Of a stretch of DNA of 64,000 bases, positions 1-9,471 are shown piece after piece. The notes under the pieces are model-generated. The model did no database searches. It was not told the origin of the DNA and saw nothing but the letters and a program-made list of their open reading frames with translations. The stretch spans positions 18,830 to 82,829 of the forward strand of contig JAQBRF010000004.1 of NCBI GenBank assembly GCA_028286645.1, in the 5' to 3' direction. Positions within the stretch are counted from its first letter, which is position 1. The number at the start of each line of letters is the position of its first letter. The translations under genes were made by a program, and so were the position numbers. This DNA is from Candidatus Nomurabacteria bacterium (GTDB lineage Bacteria; Patescibacteriota; Minisyncoccia; Phycocordibacterales; UBA5272).

Positions 1-132
1 AAGTTCTACTTCGTTAATTTGAAGGGCGATTTCTTTCTCACCGATTTTCCGTACTAAAAACTTCCCCAAAAGGCTTTTAGCCATTTCTTCGCCCGAATTT
101 AGGAAATACTTTTTTGTTAAAACTTTTCTCAT
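1..132 (-). CDS. DNA-3-methyladenine glycosylase (MPG/AAG family), N-terminal fragment; CDS continues past the window start
   Basis: Minus-strand ATG at 132..130. Translation is MRKVLTKKYFLNSGEEMAKSLLGKFLVRKIGEKEIALQINEVEL. The SLLGKxLVR...IvEvEaY pattern is typical of the MPG family N-terminus. Confidence 0.5.
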   Translation of the reverse strand, partial: MRKVLTKKYFLNSGEEMAKSLLGKFLVRKIGEKEIALQINEVEL

Positions 133-145
133 GATATTAGTATAT

Positions 146-176
146 AAAAAAGCGGCGCTTGGCGCCGCGGGGGTTG
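146..176 (-). terminator. Intrinsic terminator (GC hairpin GCGGCGC..GCGCCGC followed by a T-run on the minus strand)
   Basis: agcggcgcttggcgccgc palindrome; a T5 run follows on the minus strand. Confidence 0.4.
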
Positions 177-194
177 AATTTTACTGCAGGAGAC

Positions 195-518
195 CTATGC
201 AGTCTTCTGCAGCAGCTTTCCTTTTTTGATCGCAGGGAGGTACTTCTTTTCTGCGCCTAAAAGGATCAGGTAGCGCCTCTCGCTCATTAAACCTTTTTTA
301 AGTAGAGCGGGATATCGTACCTCTTCATGGCAGACTGGAAGTTGAGCAAGCGTTTCCTTGTCAGGCTGACCATGGTTTATGCACCTTTTGCAGGTACCAG
401 AAAAAGGACAAGTGTTTCCGTTTGACATCATTACGAACCCTTGCTGTTGCACTGTTGATCTAATTGGGTTCTGCCCACATATCCGCCTTCTCAGACGGAC
501 ATCGCTCATGTTTCTCAT
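195..518 (-). CDS. Hypothetical Cys-containing small protein; doubtful ORF in a locally GC-rich stretch
   Basis: ORF track only. No SD, no recognisable domain, and local GC is higher than the flanks. Confidence 0.15.
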   Translation of the reverse strand: MRNMSDVRLRRRICGQNPIRSTVQQQGFVMMSNGNTCPFSGTCKRCINHGQPDKETLAQLPVCHEEVRYPALLKKGLMSERRYLILLGAEKKYLPAIKKGKLLQKTA

Positions 519-576
519 GATCTTGTGGATCTTGTTTCGCTTGGGCGATTCGACTGCGGCAGGGATTTACTATACA

Positions 577-1812
577 ATGTTTCTTATGAAGAAGCAAGAC
601 TGCCAGAAGCTAAAACTCCCCGAAAACCCCGGGGTATATTTTTTCCGCGACAAGGATAAAAATATACTTTATATAGGGAAAGCGACTTCGCTTAAGGACC
701 GAGTGGCGAGTTATTTTAACCCGGATTTAATGTCTAGGCGCGGACTCCGCATGGCGACGATGGTAACGATAGCGGATAATGTAACCTTCCAACAAACCGA
801 GAGTGTGCTTGAAGCATTGCTTCTCGAAAGTAAATTTATAAAAGAGCATCAGCCTCCATATAACGCCAAAGAAAAAGATGACAAGAGCTTTCCTTGTGTA
901 GTAATTACTAAAGAAGAATTCCCTAGAGTTTTAGTTATGAGGATACGAGATTATGAAAAGAAATTTGAAAAAAAGGGGATCCTTACAGTCTACGGACCGT
1001 TTCCTTCAATGTCCCAGCTTAAAGATGCAATGAAAATAATCCGGCGGCTTTTCCCGTATCACGATAGGTGTGATGCCTGCGAGGATAAAAAAGAATGCAA
1101 GCCATGCTTTAACGCACAAATCGGCTTGTGCCCCGGAGTTTGTATAGGTGCGATTTCGAAAGTTGAATATAAAGGACATATTGATAATATAAGAAGGCTT
1201 TTCGAAGGAAAAAGGACAGAAATAAAAAGAGAGCTTGAAAAAGATATGAGCAAATATGCCAAGGAACATGAATTTGAAAAAGCCGCAAAAGTAAGAAATA
1301 CGTTATATGCCTTAGATCATATAAGAGACACAAGCTTAATTAAAGAAGAAGATGTGCTGTCCTTTAAAGATCAAAGCTTTAGAATCGAAGCTTATGACGT
1401 AGCGCATATTTCTGGGAGCCATCGCGTGGGGACAATGGTGGTGATGGAAGGAAAGGAGAAAGCAAAGGACCAATACAGGAGGTTTAAACTTGAAGAAAAA
1501 GTAAATGATGATTATGAGGGCCTCCGACAAATATTGCTCCGAAGATTTAACCATAAAGAATGGAGATACCCGGATTTGATCGTTATCGACGGGGGAGTGG
1601 GACACAAACAAACCGCAGATAAGGTTTTAGCGCACCTTAACCTTCATATTCCAACGGTTTCGGTGGTAAAAGATGATCGGCACAAGCCAAAGGACATATT
1701 GGGAGATAAAGTACATGTGGATAACCATAAAAAGGAAATACTTTTAGCAAACTCCGAAGCCCATAGATTTTCAATCGGATATCATAGAACCTTAAGAAAT
1801 AGGCTAATTTAA
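577..1812 (+). CDS. uvrC: Excinuclease ABC subunit C homolog (UvrC-like). Has GIY-YIG, UVR and RNase H-like endonuclease domains but lacks the C-terminal (HhH)2 domain
   Basis: GIY-YIG motif PGVYFFRDKDKNILYIGKATSLKDRVASYF. Cys cluster CEDKKECKPCF. UVR-like helix EIKRELEKDMSKYAKEHEFEKAAKVRNTLYAL. C-terminal half is typical of the UvrC endonuclease domain. Start chosen at the internal Met at 577 because ORF codons 379-576 look non-coding. Confidence 0.6.
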   Translation: MFLMKKQDCQKLKLPENPGVYFFRDKDKNILYIGKATSLKDRVASYFNPDLMSRRGLRMATMVTIADNVTFQQTESVLEALLLESKFIKEHQPPYNAKEKDDKSFPCVVITKEEFPRVLVMRIRDYEKKFEKKGILTVYGPFPSMSQLKDAMKIIRRLFPYHDRCDACEDKKECKPCFNAQIGLCPGVCIGAISKVEYKGHIDNIRRLFEGKRTEIKRELEKDMSKYAKEHEFEKAAKVRNTLYALDHIRDTSLIKEEDVLSFKDQSFRIEAYDVAHISGSHRVGTMVVMEGKEKAKDQYRRFKLEEKVNDDYEGLRQILLRRFNHKEWRYPDLIVIDGGVGHKQTADKVLAHLNLHIPTVSVVKDDRHKPKDILGDKVHVDNHKKEILLANSEAHRFSIGYHRTLRNRLI

Positions 1813-1942
1813 TTTTAGGGAATGCCCTGTGTCAATAGTTGCTCTTGACACCACCTTTTAAGACAAAAAAAGTGGCTTTTATACTTAAAAAGGTACAATC
1901 AATCTATAAGAGATTTATCAGCAAATAACGTAATCAATATCA

Positions 1943-4939
1943 TTGGAGTGTATGGCTATTTTACAAAATATCAAAAAAAGAAACGGGGAGTTTGTTCCAT
2001 TTGAACCAGATAAGATTGAAAAGGCTATAAAAAAAGCTTTTATTGCTGTAACTAAGGAAGATAAGGCGGCTGTTGCGAAACATATCACAGAGCTTGTAAC
2101 AAAAGAGCTTGAACTTGAAGCGATCACGCGGGATGGCTATATTCCGACTGTGGAACATACACAAGATATTATAGAACGCCATATCATGAGCGCTGGGTTC
2201 TTCGAAGTTGCGAAACGTTATATTATTTACAGATTTGAGCATACTAAGATGCGAGAGGAAAAGAAGCAGGAAATCTTGGAAAAGGTAGAAGAGGGTGGGA
2301 TTTTCATCACCAAGAGAAATGGATTTAAGGAAAGATTTGATATTGAAAAAGTCCGTCGCACTGTTCTTTATTCTGTTTACGGATACGAAAAAGAGATAAA
2401 TGTAGATCAGATACTTAATCAGATTAAGCTTGAAGTTTTCGAAGGAATGACCACGAAAGACATCACGAAAGCGCTGGTCATGACTGTGAGATCGACTATT
2501 GAGCAGGATCCGGCATATTCATACCTGGCATCTCGTTTAATGCTTAAGCAGATAAATGAAGATTTGATCGAAGGAAAAATTGATTATTCAAAAATGGATG
2601 ATCTATATAGACAAGCGTTCATTAATGGAATAAATAAAGGAGTAGACAGAGGAATCCTTGATGAAAGAATGAAGAATTTCGATCTTGAGAGATTGTCCCA
2701 GGCAATTATCAGATCCCGAGATGACTTATTTATGTACTTAGGAACTCAAACTCTTTATGAGAGGTATTTAGTTCGTGACCAAGAAGGAAATGGAAATATA
2801 ATTGAGCACATTCAAGGATTCTGGATGAGAACAGCGATGGGCGTAGCTCTTGCAGAAAAGGAACTAGAAAGAACATCCCGCGCCATCGAATTTTATGAAG
2901 TAATGTCTACACTTCGCTTCGTTCCATCTTCTCCTACTCTTTTCCATGCGGGAACTAAACATCCCCAGCTATCAAGCTGCTACTTAAATGTGGTAGAGGA
3001 TTCTCTGGAACATATCTTTAAAGTTTATGGAGATAATGCTCAGCTATCTAAGTTTGCAGGAGGAATCGGATCTGCGTGGACTAAGGTGCGGGCTTCCGGT
3101 GCTCTTGTTAAGAAAACCGGAATGAAATCAAACGGAGTCGTGCCATTTTTGAAAATCGCAAATGACGTAACTGTAGCTATCAACCGCTCAGGCCGCCGAC
3201 GCGGAGCCACCTGCGTGTATTTGGAAAACTGGCATTATGATATCGATGAGTTTTTGGAACTGCGAAAGAATACTGGCGACGAAAGAAGAAGAACTCATGA
3301 TATGAATACCGCTCTTTGGATTTCTGATGTATTTATGAAAAGAGTTCAAGATGACGGAGAGTGGACACTTTTATCGCCTGACGAATGTCCAGAGCTTACA
3401 GAAACTTTCGGATCTACATTTGAGGCTCACTACACGAGATACGAAAGAATGTGTGACGAGGGAGGCATAAGATTATTTAGGAAAATGAAGGCAAGAGATC
3501 TTTGGAGAAAGATGGTGACAATGCTTTATGAAACAGGGCACCCATGGATTACATTTAAGGATACTTCAAACATCCGTTCTCCTCAGGACCATGCGGGCAT
3601 CATCCATAACTCAAACCTTTGTACGGAAATTACTCTAAATAACAGCGAAACAGAAACAGCGGTATGTAACCTAGGCTCCGTTAACTATCAAAGGATGATA
3701 AACAATGGAAAGTTCGATGTAGATCTTGTAGCAACTACAGTGCGAACAGGAATGAGAATGCTCGATAATGTTATCGATGTAAACTTTTATCCCACTGTTG
3801 AAACTTCAAACTCAAACTTTAAGCATCGACCAGTAGGTCTCGGAATAATGGGTTTCCACGACGCTCTTTATATGCTTGATATAAATTTCGAATCAGATGA
3901 CGCAGTAAAGTTCGCTGATGAATCAATGGAGCTCATCTCATATCATGCGATTCTTTCTTCATCATTGCTTGCTCGAGAACGCGGCGCTTATGCATCATTT
4001 AAGGGAAGTAAGTGGGATCGAGGAATCTTTCCGGTAGATACTTTGGCACTTGTGGAACAAAACAGAGGAACTACCATTAACACTACGAAGACTTGCAAGC
4101 TTGATTGGACTCCAGTGCGCGATGCTGTTAAAGAATACGGAATGAGAAATTCAAACACCATGGCAATGGCACCGACTGCCACGATCTCAAATATTTCTGG
4201 ATGCATTCCATGTATTGAGCCGATTTATAAAAACATTTATGTTAAGTCAAACATGAATGGAGAATTTATCATCATAAACCCATACTTGGTAAATGATTTG
4301 AAAGCGCTTGGCCTATGGGACTTTGAAATGATCGGCATGCTTAAATATCATGATGGATCGGTTCAAGAAGTGTCATCTGTCCCAGATAACCTGAAAGCAA
4401 AGTATAAAGATGTGTTTCAGATTGATCCGCTCATGATGATTAAAATCGCAGCACACCGCGGCAAGTGGGTAGATATGTCACAGTCATTAAATATTTACTT
4501 TGCTGGTTCTTCCGGAAAGGAACTTGCATCCATCTACGAATATGCATGGAACATGGGACTTAAGACTACTTATTATCTGCGCTCCCTCGGCGCTTCTCAG
4601 GTAGAAAAGAGTACTGTAAACGCTGCAGAATTCGGAGCCACACATAAAAGAGGCGGGTCTCTTCCCGGAGCCACCCCAACAGTTTCTTCAGAATCAGTTC
4701 CAAGCATGGTTGTAAACTCAGTCCCTGCTCCTGTAATGAGCGCGGCTGTAACTCCGTCACAAGTTACGGAAGTCACGAAAGTTGCAGTTTCCACCCCACA
4801 AGTCGCCCCTCCTGTAATGTCTTCGGTAATGTCATCAATGCAAGTCGGGGAAAGAGTTTCAGTTTCGGTTGCAAAGCCCGGAGCAGTTACATACAATATA
4901 ACTAAGGTACCGGACGCTCATTGCGACGGCTGCGAATAA
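1943..4939 (+). CDS. nrdA: Ribonucleotide reductase class I large subunit with N-terminal ATP-cone and an unusually long Ser/Val/Pro-rich C-terminal tail ending in CDGCE
   Basis: ATP-cone at ILQNIKKRNGEFVPFEPDKIEKAI. Active-site region NLCTEI. C-terminal YYL motif. The nrdB gene is adjacent. Confidence 0.85.
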   Translation: MECMAILQNIKKRNGEFVPFEPDKIEKAIKKAFIAVTKEDKAAVAKHITELVTKELELEAITRDGYIPTVEHTQDIIERHIMSAGFFEVAKRYIIYRFEHTKMREEKKQEILEKVEEGGIFITKRNGFKERFDIEKVRRTVLYSVYGYEKEINVDQILNQIKLEVFEGMTTKDITKALVMTVRSTIEQDPAYSYLASRLMLKQINEDLIEGKIDYSKMDDLYRQAFINGINKGVDRGILDERMKNFDLERLSQAIIRSRDDLFMYLGTQTLYERYLVRDQEGNGNIIEHIQGFWMRTAMGVALAEKELERTSRAIEFYEVMSTLRFVPSSPTLFHAGTKHPQLSSCYLNVVEDSLEHIFKVYGDNAQLSKFAGGIGSAWTKVRASGALVKKTGMKSNGVVPFLKIANDVTVAINRSGRRRGATCVYLENWHYDIDEFLELRKNTGDERRRTHDMNTALWISDVFMKRVQDDGEWTLLSPDECPELTETFGSTFEAHYTRYERMCDEGGIRLFRKMKARDLWRKMVTMLYETGHPWITFKDTSNIRSPQDHAGIIHNSNLCTEITLNNSETETAVCNLGSVNYQRMINNGKFDVDLVATTVRTGMRMLDNVIDVNFYPTVETSNSNFKHRPVGLGIMGFHDALYMLDINFESDDAVKFADESMELISYHAILSSSLLARERGAYASFKGSKWDRGIFPVDTLALVEQNRGTTINTTKTCKLDWTPVRDAVKEYGMRNSNTMAMAPTATISNISGCIPCIEPIYKNIYVKSNMNGEFIIINPYLVNDLKALGLWDFEMIGMLKYHDGSVQEVSSVPDNLKAKYKDVFQIDPLMMIKIAAHRGKWVDMSQSLNIYFAGSSGKELASIYEYAWNMGLKTTYYLRSLGASQVEKSTVNAAEFGATHKRGGSLPGATPTVSSESVPSMVVNSVPAPVMSAAVTPSQVTEVTKVAVSTPQVAPPVMSSVMSSMQVGERVSVSVAKPGAVTYNITKVPDAHCDGCE

Positions 4940-5048
4940 ATAGATAACAGATAGCAGTCGGCGGATAGCAGATAGATTTAAAAATCTGGAATCTGTATTC
5001 TGACATCTGTAATCAAATCTTATAACCATTAACTAATTTACCAACCAT

Positions 5049-6128
5049 ATGCCTCCACAATCCACAACACCCACTCCAAATACTTCGGCTACTCCGGTAA
5101 TTAACCGCGGGGCTAAGCGAGTAGATATAAATGAGCGCAAAATCATAAACGGCGGAGATGCTGATGTGATTCAGCTTTGGCCTATAAAGCACAAATTCGC
5201 ATGGGATGCGTATAATGTGGGAAATTCCAATCACTGGCTTCCTACAGAAATCAGCATGCAGCTAGACATCGAGCAATGGAAGTCCCAGACTCTTCTTACA
5301 GATGATGAGCGCCATGCTTTGCGAATGGTTTTAGGATTCTTTACTACCGCGGACTCAATAGCTGCGAATAATCTTGTTCTTGCATTCTATAAACACATCA
5401 CTTCTCCGGAAGCGCGCATGTATCTTCTTCGACAAGCTTACGAAGAAGCGATTCATACGCAAGCATATCAATACATCGTAGAATCTCTTGGACTTGATGG
5501 AACAGAAATCTTCAATATGTATCGCGAGGTTGATGCGATTTATAACAAAGAAGAATTTATTCTTTCCTTCAATCAAGGGATATTTAAAGACGACTTTAAA
5601 ACAGGGACATTTGAAAACGATCAGAAGTTCTTAGAAAACATGTGCGTGTTCTCGCTCATTCTTGAAGGCATATTCTTCTATTCATCTTTTGCTGTTATGT
5701 TTGGTTTCCAAAGACAAGGCAAGTTAACGGGTTCAGCTGAACAGATTCAGTACATCATGAGAGATGAAAGCCAGCATATGAACTTCGGAATTGATATGAT
5801 CAACACCATAAAGCAGGAGCAGCCAGAACTCTGGACCCCGCAGTTCGTAGAAAGAATAAAGGCACTAGTACGAAAAGCTGTAGAGCTCGAATACAAATAC
5901 GCCTGGGAAGTTTTCCCTACAGGAATATTTGGATTAAATGCTGAGGGATTCAAACAGTATATTGAATACATTGCTGATAGGCGATTAGGCCGCGTAGGAA
6001 TCGATCCACTATACAATGTATCAAATCCATTCCCATGGATGAGTGAAGCGGTGGATTTGAACAAGGAGAAGAATTTTTTTGAGACGAGGGTTACCGAATA
6101 TAAAACAGGTGGCACCTTGGATTGGTAA
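5049..6128 (+). CDS. nrdB: Ribonucleotide reductase class I small subunit (ferritin-like, di-iron)
   Basis: Motifs EEAIHTQAY, ILEGIFFYSSFA and RDESQHMNFG. Confidence 0.85.
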   Translation: MPPQSTTPTPNTSATPVINRGAKRVDINERKIINGGDADVIQLWPIKHKFAWDAYNVGNSNHWLPTEISMQLDIEQWKSQTLLTDDERHALRMVLGFFTTADSIAANNLVLAFYKHITSPEARMYLLRQAYEEAIHTQAYQYIVESLGLDGTEIFNMYREVDAIYNKEEFILSFNQGIFKDDFKTGTFENDQKFLENMCVFSLILEGIFFYSSFAVMFGFQRQGKLTGSAEQIQYIMRDESQHMNFGIDMINTIKQEQPELWTPQFVERIKALVRKAVELEYKYAWEVFPTGIFGLNAEGFKQYIEYIADRRLGRVGIDPLYNVSNPFPWMSEAVDLNKEKNFFETRVTEYKTGGTLDW

Positions 6129-6260
6129 TCTAATTACAAATATTATGACGCACTACTTTGTCGCCGATAAATTTTCCTCGGTCATCGTATTCCCTATACG
6201 TTTCTCTCGGAAAATTCCTCGTCTTCGCGTATTTCATTCAAAATATTTGAATTAGAAATT

Positions 6261-6941
6261 ATGATTAATTACACTAAAAGCTCTGATATTCATCCCTGCA
6301 TCCTTAATAAGGAAGATTTACAAGATTTAGTTGATTTAGTAATAAAAGATACTCCTAATTATGATAGTAGGGGATTATACATTCGCGGATCTTTTGGAGA
6401 AGTAGATATACATGAAAATAATCTTACGGATTTTTTACAACATAAAAATTTGCCAAAAACTCTAGATAATTTAACCATAAGTTACTCTTCTTATTTAAAG
6501 GACGCTGATCACAGAATAAGAATTGCTTTCTATAAATCATATATCATTCTAGATGTGTCTGGTTCCTCGGAGAGTTTTGTAAAAGGGAAATATAACCAAA
6601 TAAAGGATTTTCTAAAATCGAAAAGACCGTTTTTATGGTTTTTAAAATCGAAAATTGTTTATGGTTTACGAGGTGTACTCTTTGCGGTTGCCGGAACGGT
6701 TTATATGTACCTTATGATTAAATGGGTTAAATATGGCGTGAATCCTAATCTATTTGTTTCTTTAGGTGTAGTCATTTTATTGATAATAGATTATTTTATC
6801 TCGAGAATTGAATTTACTAGAATAAATATAAGCCCTCAAGAAAGTTTCTTAAATAAGCATGAAAGTTTCTTTAAGTATCTTGGGGTGGTAGCTGCTATCT
6901 TTACGATGATTGGTGTAATTTATCAAATTTTTCATTTGTAA
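6261..6941 (+). CDS. Hypothetical membrane protein
   Basis: Hydrophobic C-terminal segments. No known motif. Confidence 0.35.
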   Translation: MINYTKSSDIHPCILNKEDLQDLVDLVIKDTPNYDSRGLYIRGSFGEVDIHENNLTDFLQHKNLPKTLDNLTISYSSYLKDADHRIRIAFYKSYIILDVSGSSESFVKGKYNQIKDFLKSKRPFLWFLKSKIVYGLRGVLFAVAGTVYMYLMIKWVKYGVNPNLFVSLGVVILLIIDYFISRIEFTRINISPQESFLNKHESFFKYLGVVAAIFTMIGVIYQIFHL

Positions 6942-7786
6942 TATTTCTTCCCCACATAAAAATTCTTTTCGAGGAGGGTCGAGAGTTTTTTAGCTTTTGA
7001 TTTGTTTCTATTTATGATAAATCTAATTTTTGATGGAGACGAAACTATGGATTCAAGCTCTTTAATGTTTTCATTTGTAATAACTTTATTTTCTTTATAA
7101 AACTTTTCTATTTTATTAGTTATATCTTTATCATAACGGGCTTCGATAATATAATCACCAATTATATTTAATACAATACCTAAATTATTTGGTCTGTTTT
7201 CAAATAGGGGAGAATCCCTCATATAGTACTGAGACATATTTCCATCAAATTCTTTTGTAATCGCTCTATCAAGCGGAGTTTTATTCCCCGTAGTAAATAA
7301 ATATTTAATTTCTCGAGAATTCATATAGTCGCGTAGCGATAATTCTTCTTTCTTTCTTGCGATCATAAACCAGTTATGGGATGCATACGCATACCACCTA
7401 TCTATATTTGGTAAGGCGTCAAATAATACATAAAGCACATGGTTCCAGAAAGCATCCACCAAAATAGGATTTTTAAATTCATATGTAATCTTATCTCCAT
7501 CTCCCATTTGTAGAAAATGTCCATCCCCGCTTGGTGTTCTATATGCATGCTCAGCAAGGAGGGCAAACTTTTGAATATCTTGTAACCACGATTGATTTAA
7601 CACTGCTTCCTTTTTTGATACCAAAACTATCTGCTGATTTTTTAAAGTGCGAAGGGCTTTATATATTCCTTGGGAGGTTACATTTTTATTATCAAAATAC
7701 TTCAAAATATCCGCCGTCTTCTTTGGCCCGGTCTTTAAAAGTTCTACTATTTTTTCAGCAATTCCTGGGGTAGGAAAATGAGTCAT
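6932..7786 (-). CDS. Hypothetical protein with N-terminal winged-HTH-like region. Its C-terminal 20 aa are encoded by the R1 dispersed repeat
   Basis: ORF is preceded by a perfect TTGACA-18-TATAAT promoter (7818-7847, minus). The C-terminal KSKAKKLSTLLEKNFYV is the repeat translation. Confidence 0.45.
   Translation of the reverse strand: MTHFPTPGIAEKIVELLKTGPKKTADILKYFDNKNVTSQGIYKALRTLKNQQIVLVSKKEAVLNQSWLQDIQKFALLAEHAYRTPSGDGHFLQMGDGDKITYEFKNPILVDAFWNHVLYVLFDALPNIDRWYAYASHNWFMIARKKEELSLRDYMNSREIKYLFTTGNKTPLDRAITKEFDGNMSQYYMRDSPLFENRPNNLGIVLNIIGDYIIEARYDKDITNKIEKFYKENKVITNENIKELESIVSSPSKIRFIINRNKSKAKKLSTLLEKNFYVGKKYYK
6953..7004 (+). repeat. R1 dispersed repeat copy 1 (CACATAAAAAtTCTTTTCGAGGAGGGTcGAGAGtTTTTTAGCTTTtGATTT)
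   Basis: Four copies, 80-90% identical, at 6953, 10026, 10604 and 11517. Confidence 0.6.
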
Positions 7787-7817
7787 AAAACAAACTATTA
7801 GTTTAATTTGTTCTTAT

Positions 7818-7847
7818 ATTATACATAATAATTGCCATGTTTGTCAA
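7818..7847 (-). promoter_or_regulatory. sigma70 promoter TTGACA-N18-TATAAT for the 6932..7786 gene
   Basis: Minus-strand read: TTGACAaacatggcaattattatgTATAAT. Confidence 0.55.
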
Positions 7848-7868
7848 GTCTAATAGAATTGCGGGCAC

Positions 7869-9248
7869 ATGAATGAATTAATAAAACGACCTGTAGATCA
7901 AGGAATCTTGCCTCGCATATTAGGGAGGTTTGACCTAGTTACAATATATTTTACTCTTATATTCGGTTCTTATGGAGCCGCTCAATTAGCGGGAAAAGGG
8001 TGGGCAGGGATTTCCATGCTTTTACTCGCAGTTGTGACATTTCTCATTCCCTGCGCACTAGCTTCATATGAGCTTGGGACATTGTTCCCGGGAGAAGGAG
8101 GGATTTATATGTGGGCAAAAAAAACCCTTGGAATAAAGCACGGATTTATCGCAGGATGGTTATCGTGGGTCCCAGTTTTCTTACTTCTGCCTTTAATTTC
8201 TACGACAATAGTTGCCCATATTCAATTTATCTTTTCTATAAAGTTTCCTCTGTGGTATCAAGTAATACTCCAAGTGGCTGTGATATGGATTATATATTTA
8301 ATCTCAATTAAGAAATTAAAGTTTTCACAGGGATATGTAAGAATTCTCTCAATTGTTGCATTTGCTACTGCAGGGATTGCATATGGTGTAGCTATGATTA
8401 AAGGCCACTCTGTAAATCCTATAAATAGAGAAATATTTTCACTCGATTTAAATAAATATGGGACCCTTTATTCTGCTGCCATTTTATGGCTGCTTGGCGT
8501 AGAAGTTCCATATAACATGGGAGACGAATTCAGTGAACATAAAAAAACTGCAGGATCTATGATTTTGTGGGGGTCACTTGCACTAGTTATTGCATATATA
8601 TTTGGGATTATCGGAGTACTTTATACAACTTCGCTTGATCAGGTAAACCCGACTATTGGTATCGCTCAGGGAGTCGCAAATGTCTATCCAATACTTGGAA
8701 TTGTTGTAGCTTTTTTAATTTGTCTCGCAGTTTCTTCGCAGGGAGTTGCATATATGAATGCTTATTCTCGGCTTTTATTTGTATCAGGCTTAGAAAAATG
8801 TTTACCAGAATCGTATGGGAATATAAGTAAAAATAAAATTCCGACAAAAGCAATGCTTGTACAGGTAATAGGCGCAACTATTGTATTAATTATATTTTCC
8901 ACACAAGCGAACTTAGTGATTGCATTTAATCTTTATCTCGCAGCGCTTGTTGCTGTTTGGTGTGCATCATTATTCTATATTTATATTGGAGTGGTACTTG
9001 CCAGAAGGAACTTAAAGCATGAATATGAAGAAAGGGGAGAAAATATATGGAAGCTTCCATTTGGAAAGATTGGGTTATGGTTTACAGCAATATGGGGATT
9101 TTTCTTTAATATGGTCGCGATTTATTATGTATTTGCAAACCCCTGGGTTGATGGAATAAGTAAAAGTTCGTGGATGTTGTGGCTATCCATCATATCTTTC
9201 GTAGTGGTTGCTTCTGGAACAGTTGTATTTAAATTAAATAGAAAATAA
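7869..9248 (+). CDS. APC-superfamily amino acid permease (12 TM)
   Basis: Hydropathy profile and N-terminal pattern ...GSYGAAQLAGKGWAGISMLLLAVVTFLIPCALASYELGTLFPGEGGIY. Confidence 0.5.
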   Translation: MNELIKRPVDQGILPRILGRFDLVTIYFTLIFGSYGAAQLAGKGWAGISMLLLAVVTFLIPCALASYELGTLFPGEGGIYMWAKKTLGIKHGFIAGWLSWVPVFLLLPLISTTIVAHIQFIFSIKFPLWYQVILQVAVIWIIYLISIKKLKFSQGYVRILSIVAFATAGIAYGVAMIKGHSVNPINREIFSLDLNKYGTLYSAAILWLLGVEVPYNMGDEFSEHKKTAGSMILWGSLALVIAYIFGIIGVLYTTSLDQVNPTIGIAQGVANVYPILGIVVAFLICLAVSSQGVAYMNAYSRLLFVSGLEKCLPESYGNISKNKIPTKAMLVQVIGATIVLIIFSTQANLVIAFNLYLAALVAVWCASLFYIYIGVVLARRNLKHEYEERGENIWKLPFGKIGLWFTAIWGFFFNMVAIYYVFANPWVDGISKSSWMLWLSIISFVVVASGTVVFKLNRK

Positions 9249-9255
9249 AAAAACC

Positions 9256-9285
9256 GGGCAAGATCCGAAGATCTCGCCCGTCCTG
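9256..9285 (-). terminator. Strong intrinsic terminator (CGGGCgAGATC-ttcg-GATCTtGCCCG + T7 on the minus strand). It abuts the stop of the convergent plus-strand permease gene
   Basis: Seen in sequence. Confidence 0.6.
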
Positions 9286-9365
9286 CTTGTTGCTTATTAT
9301 AGCACATTTTCAGGGTTTTGTGCCGTTGCTCGACCGGCTGACAGCCGAAACTCGTCAAGCAATGT
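9256..9365 (-). ncRNA. Candidate small RNA (~110 nt) delimited by a TTGACA-16-TATACT promoter (9372-9399, minus) and the terminator at 9256-9285
   Basis: Promoter and terminator bracket a region with no ORF. Identity unknown. Confidence 0.3.
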
Positions 9366-9424
9366 ATATCCAGTATAGCAAATCCACAGGATTTGTCAAG
9401 TCCTATAAAAAATCTTTATTTTAA

Positions 9425-9439
9425 TGGGTTTGATATACT
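9425..9439 (+). promoter_or_regulatory. Extended -10 promoter (TGaTATACT) for the HAD-like gene, inside a conserved ~80-bp element shared with 11741-11815
   Basis: tttGATATACT lies 26 nt upstream of ATG 9472. Confidence 0.4.
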
Positions 9440-9471
9440 TCCTTTATGAAATATAATCAGTCTTGTTTCTA

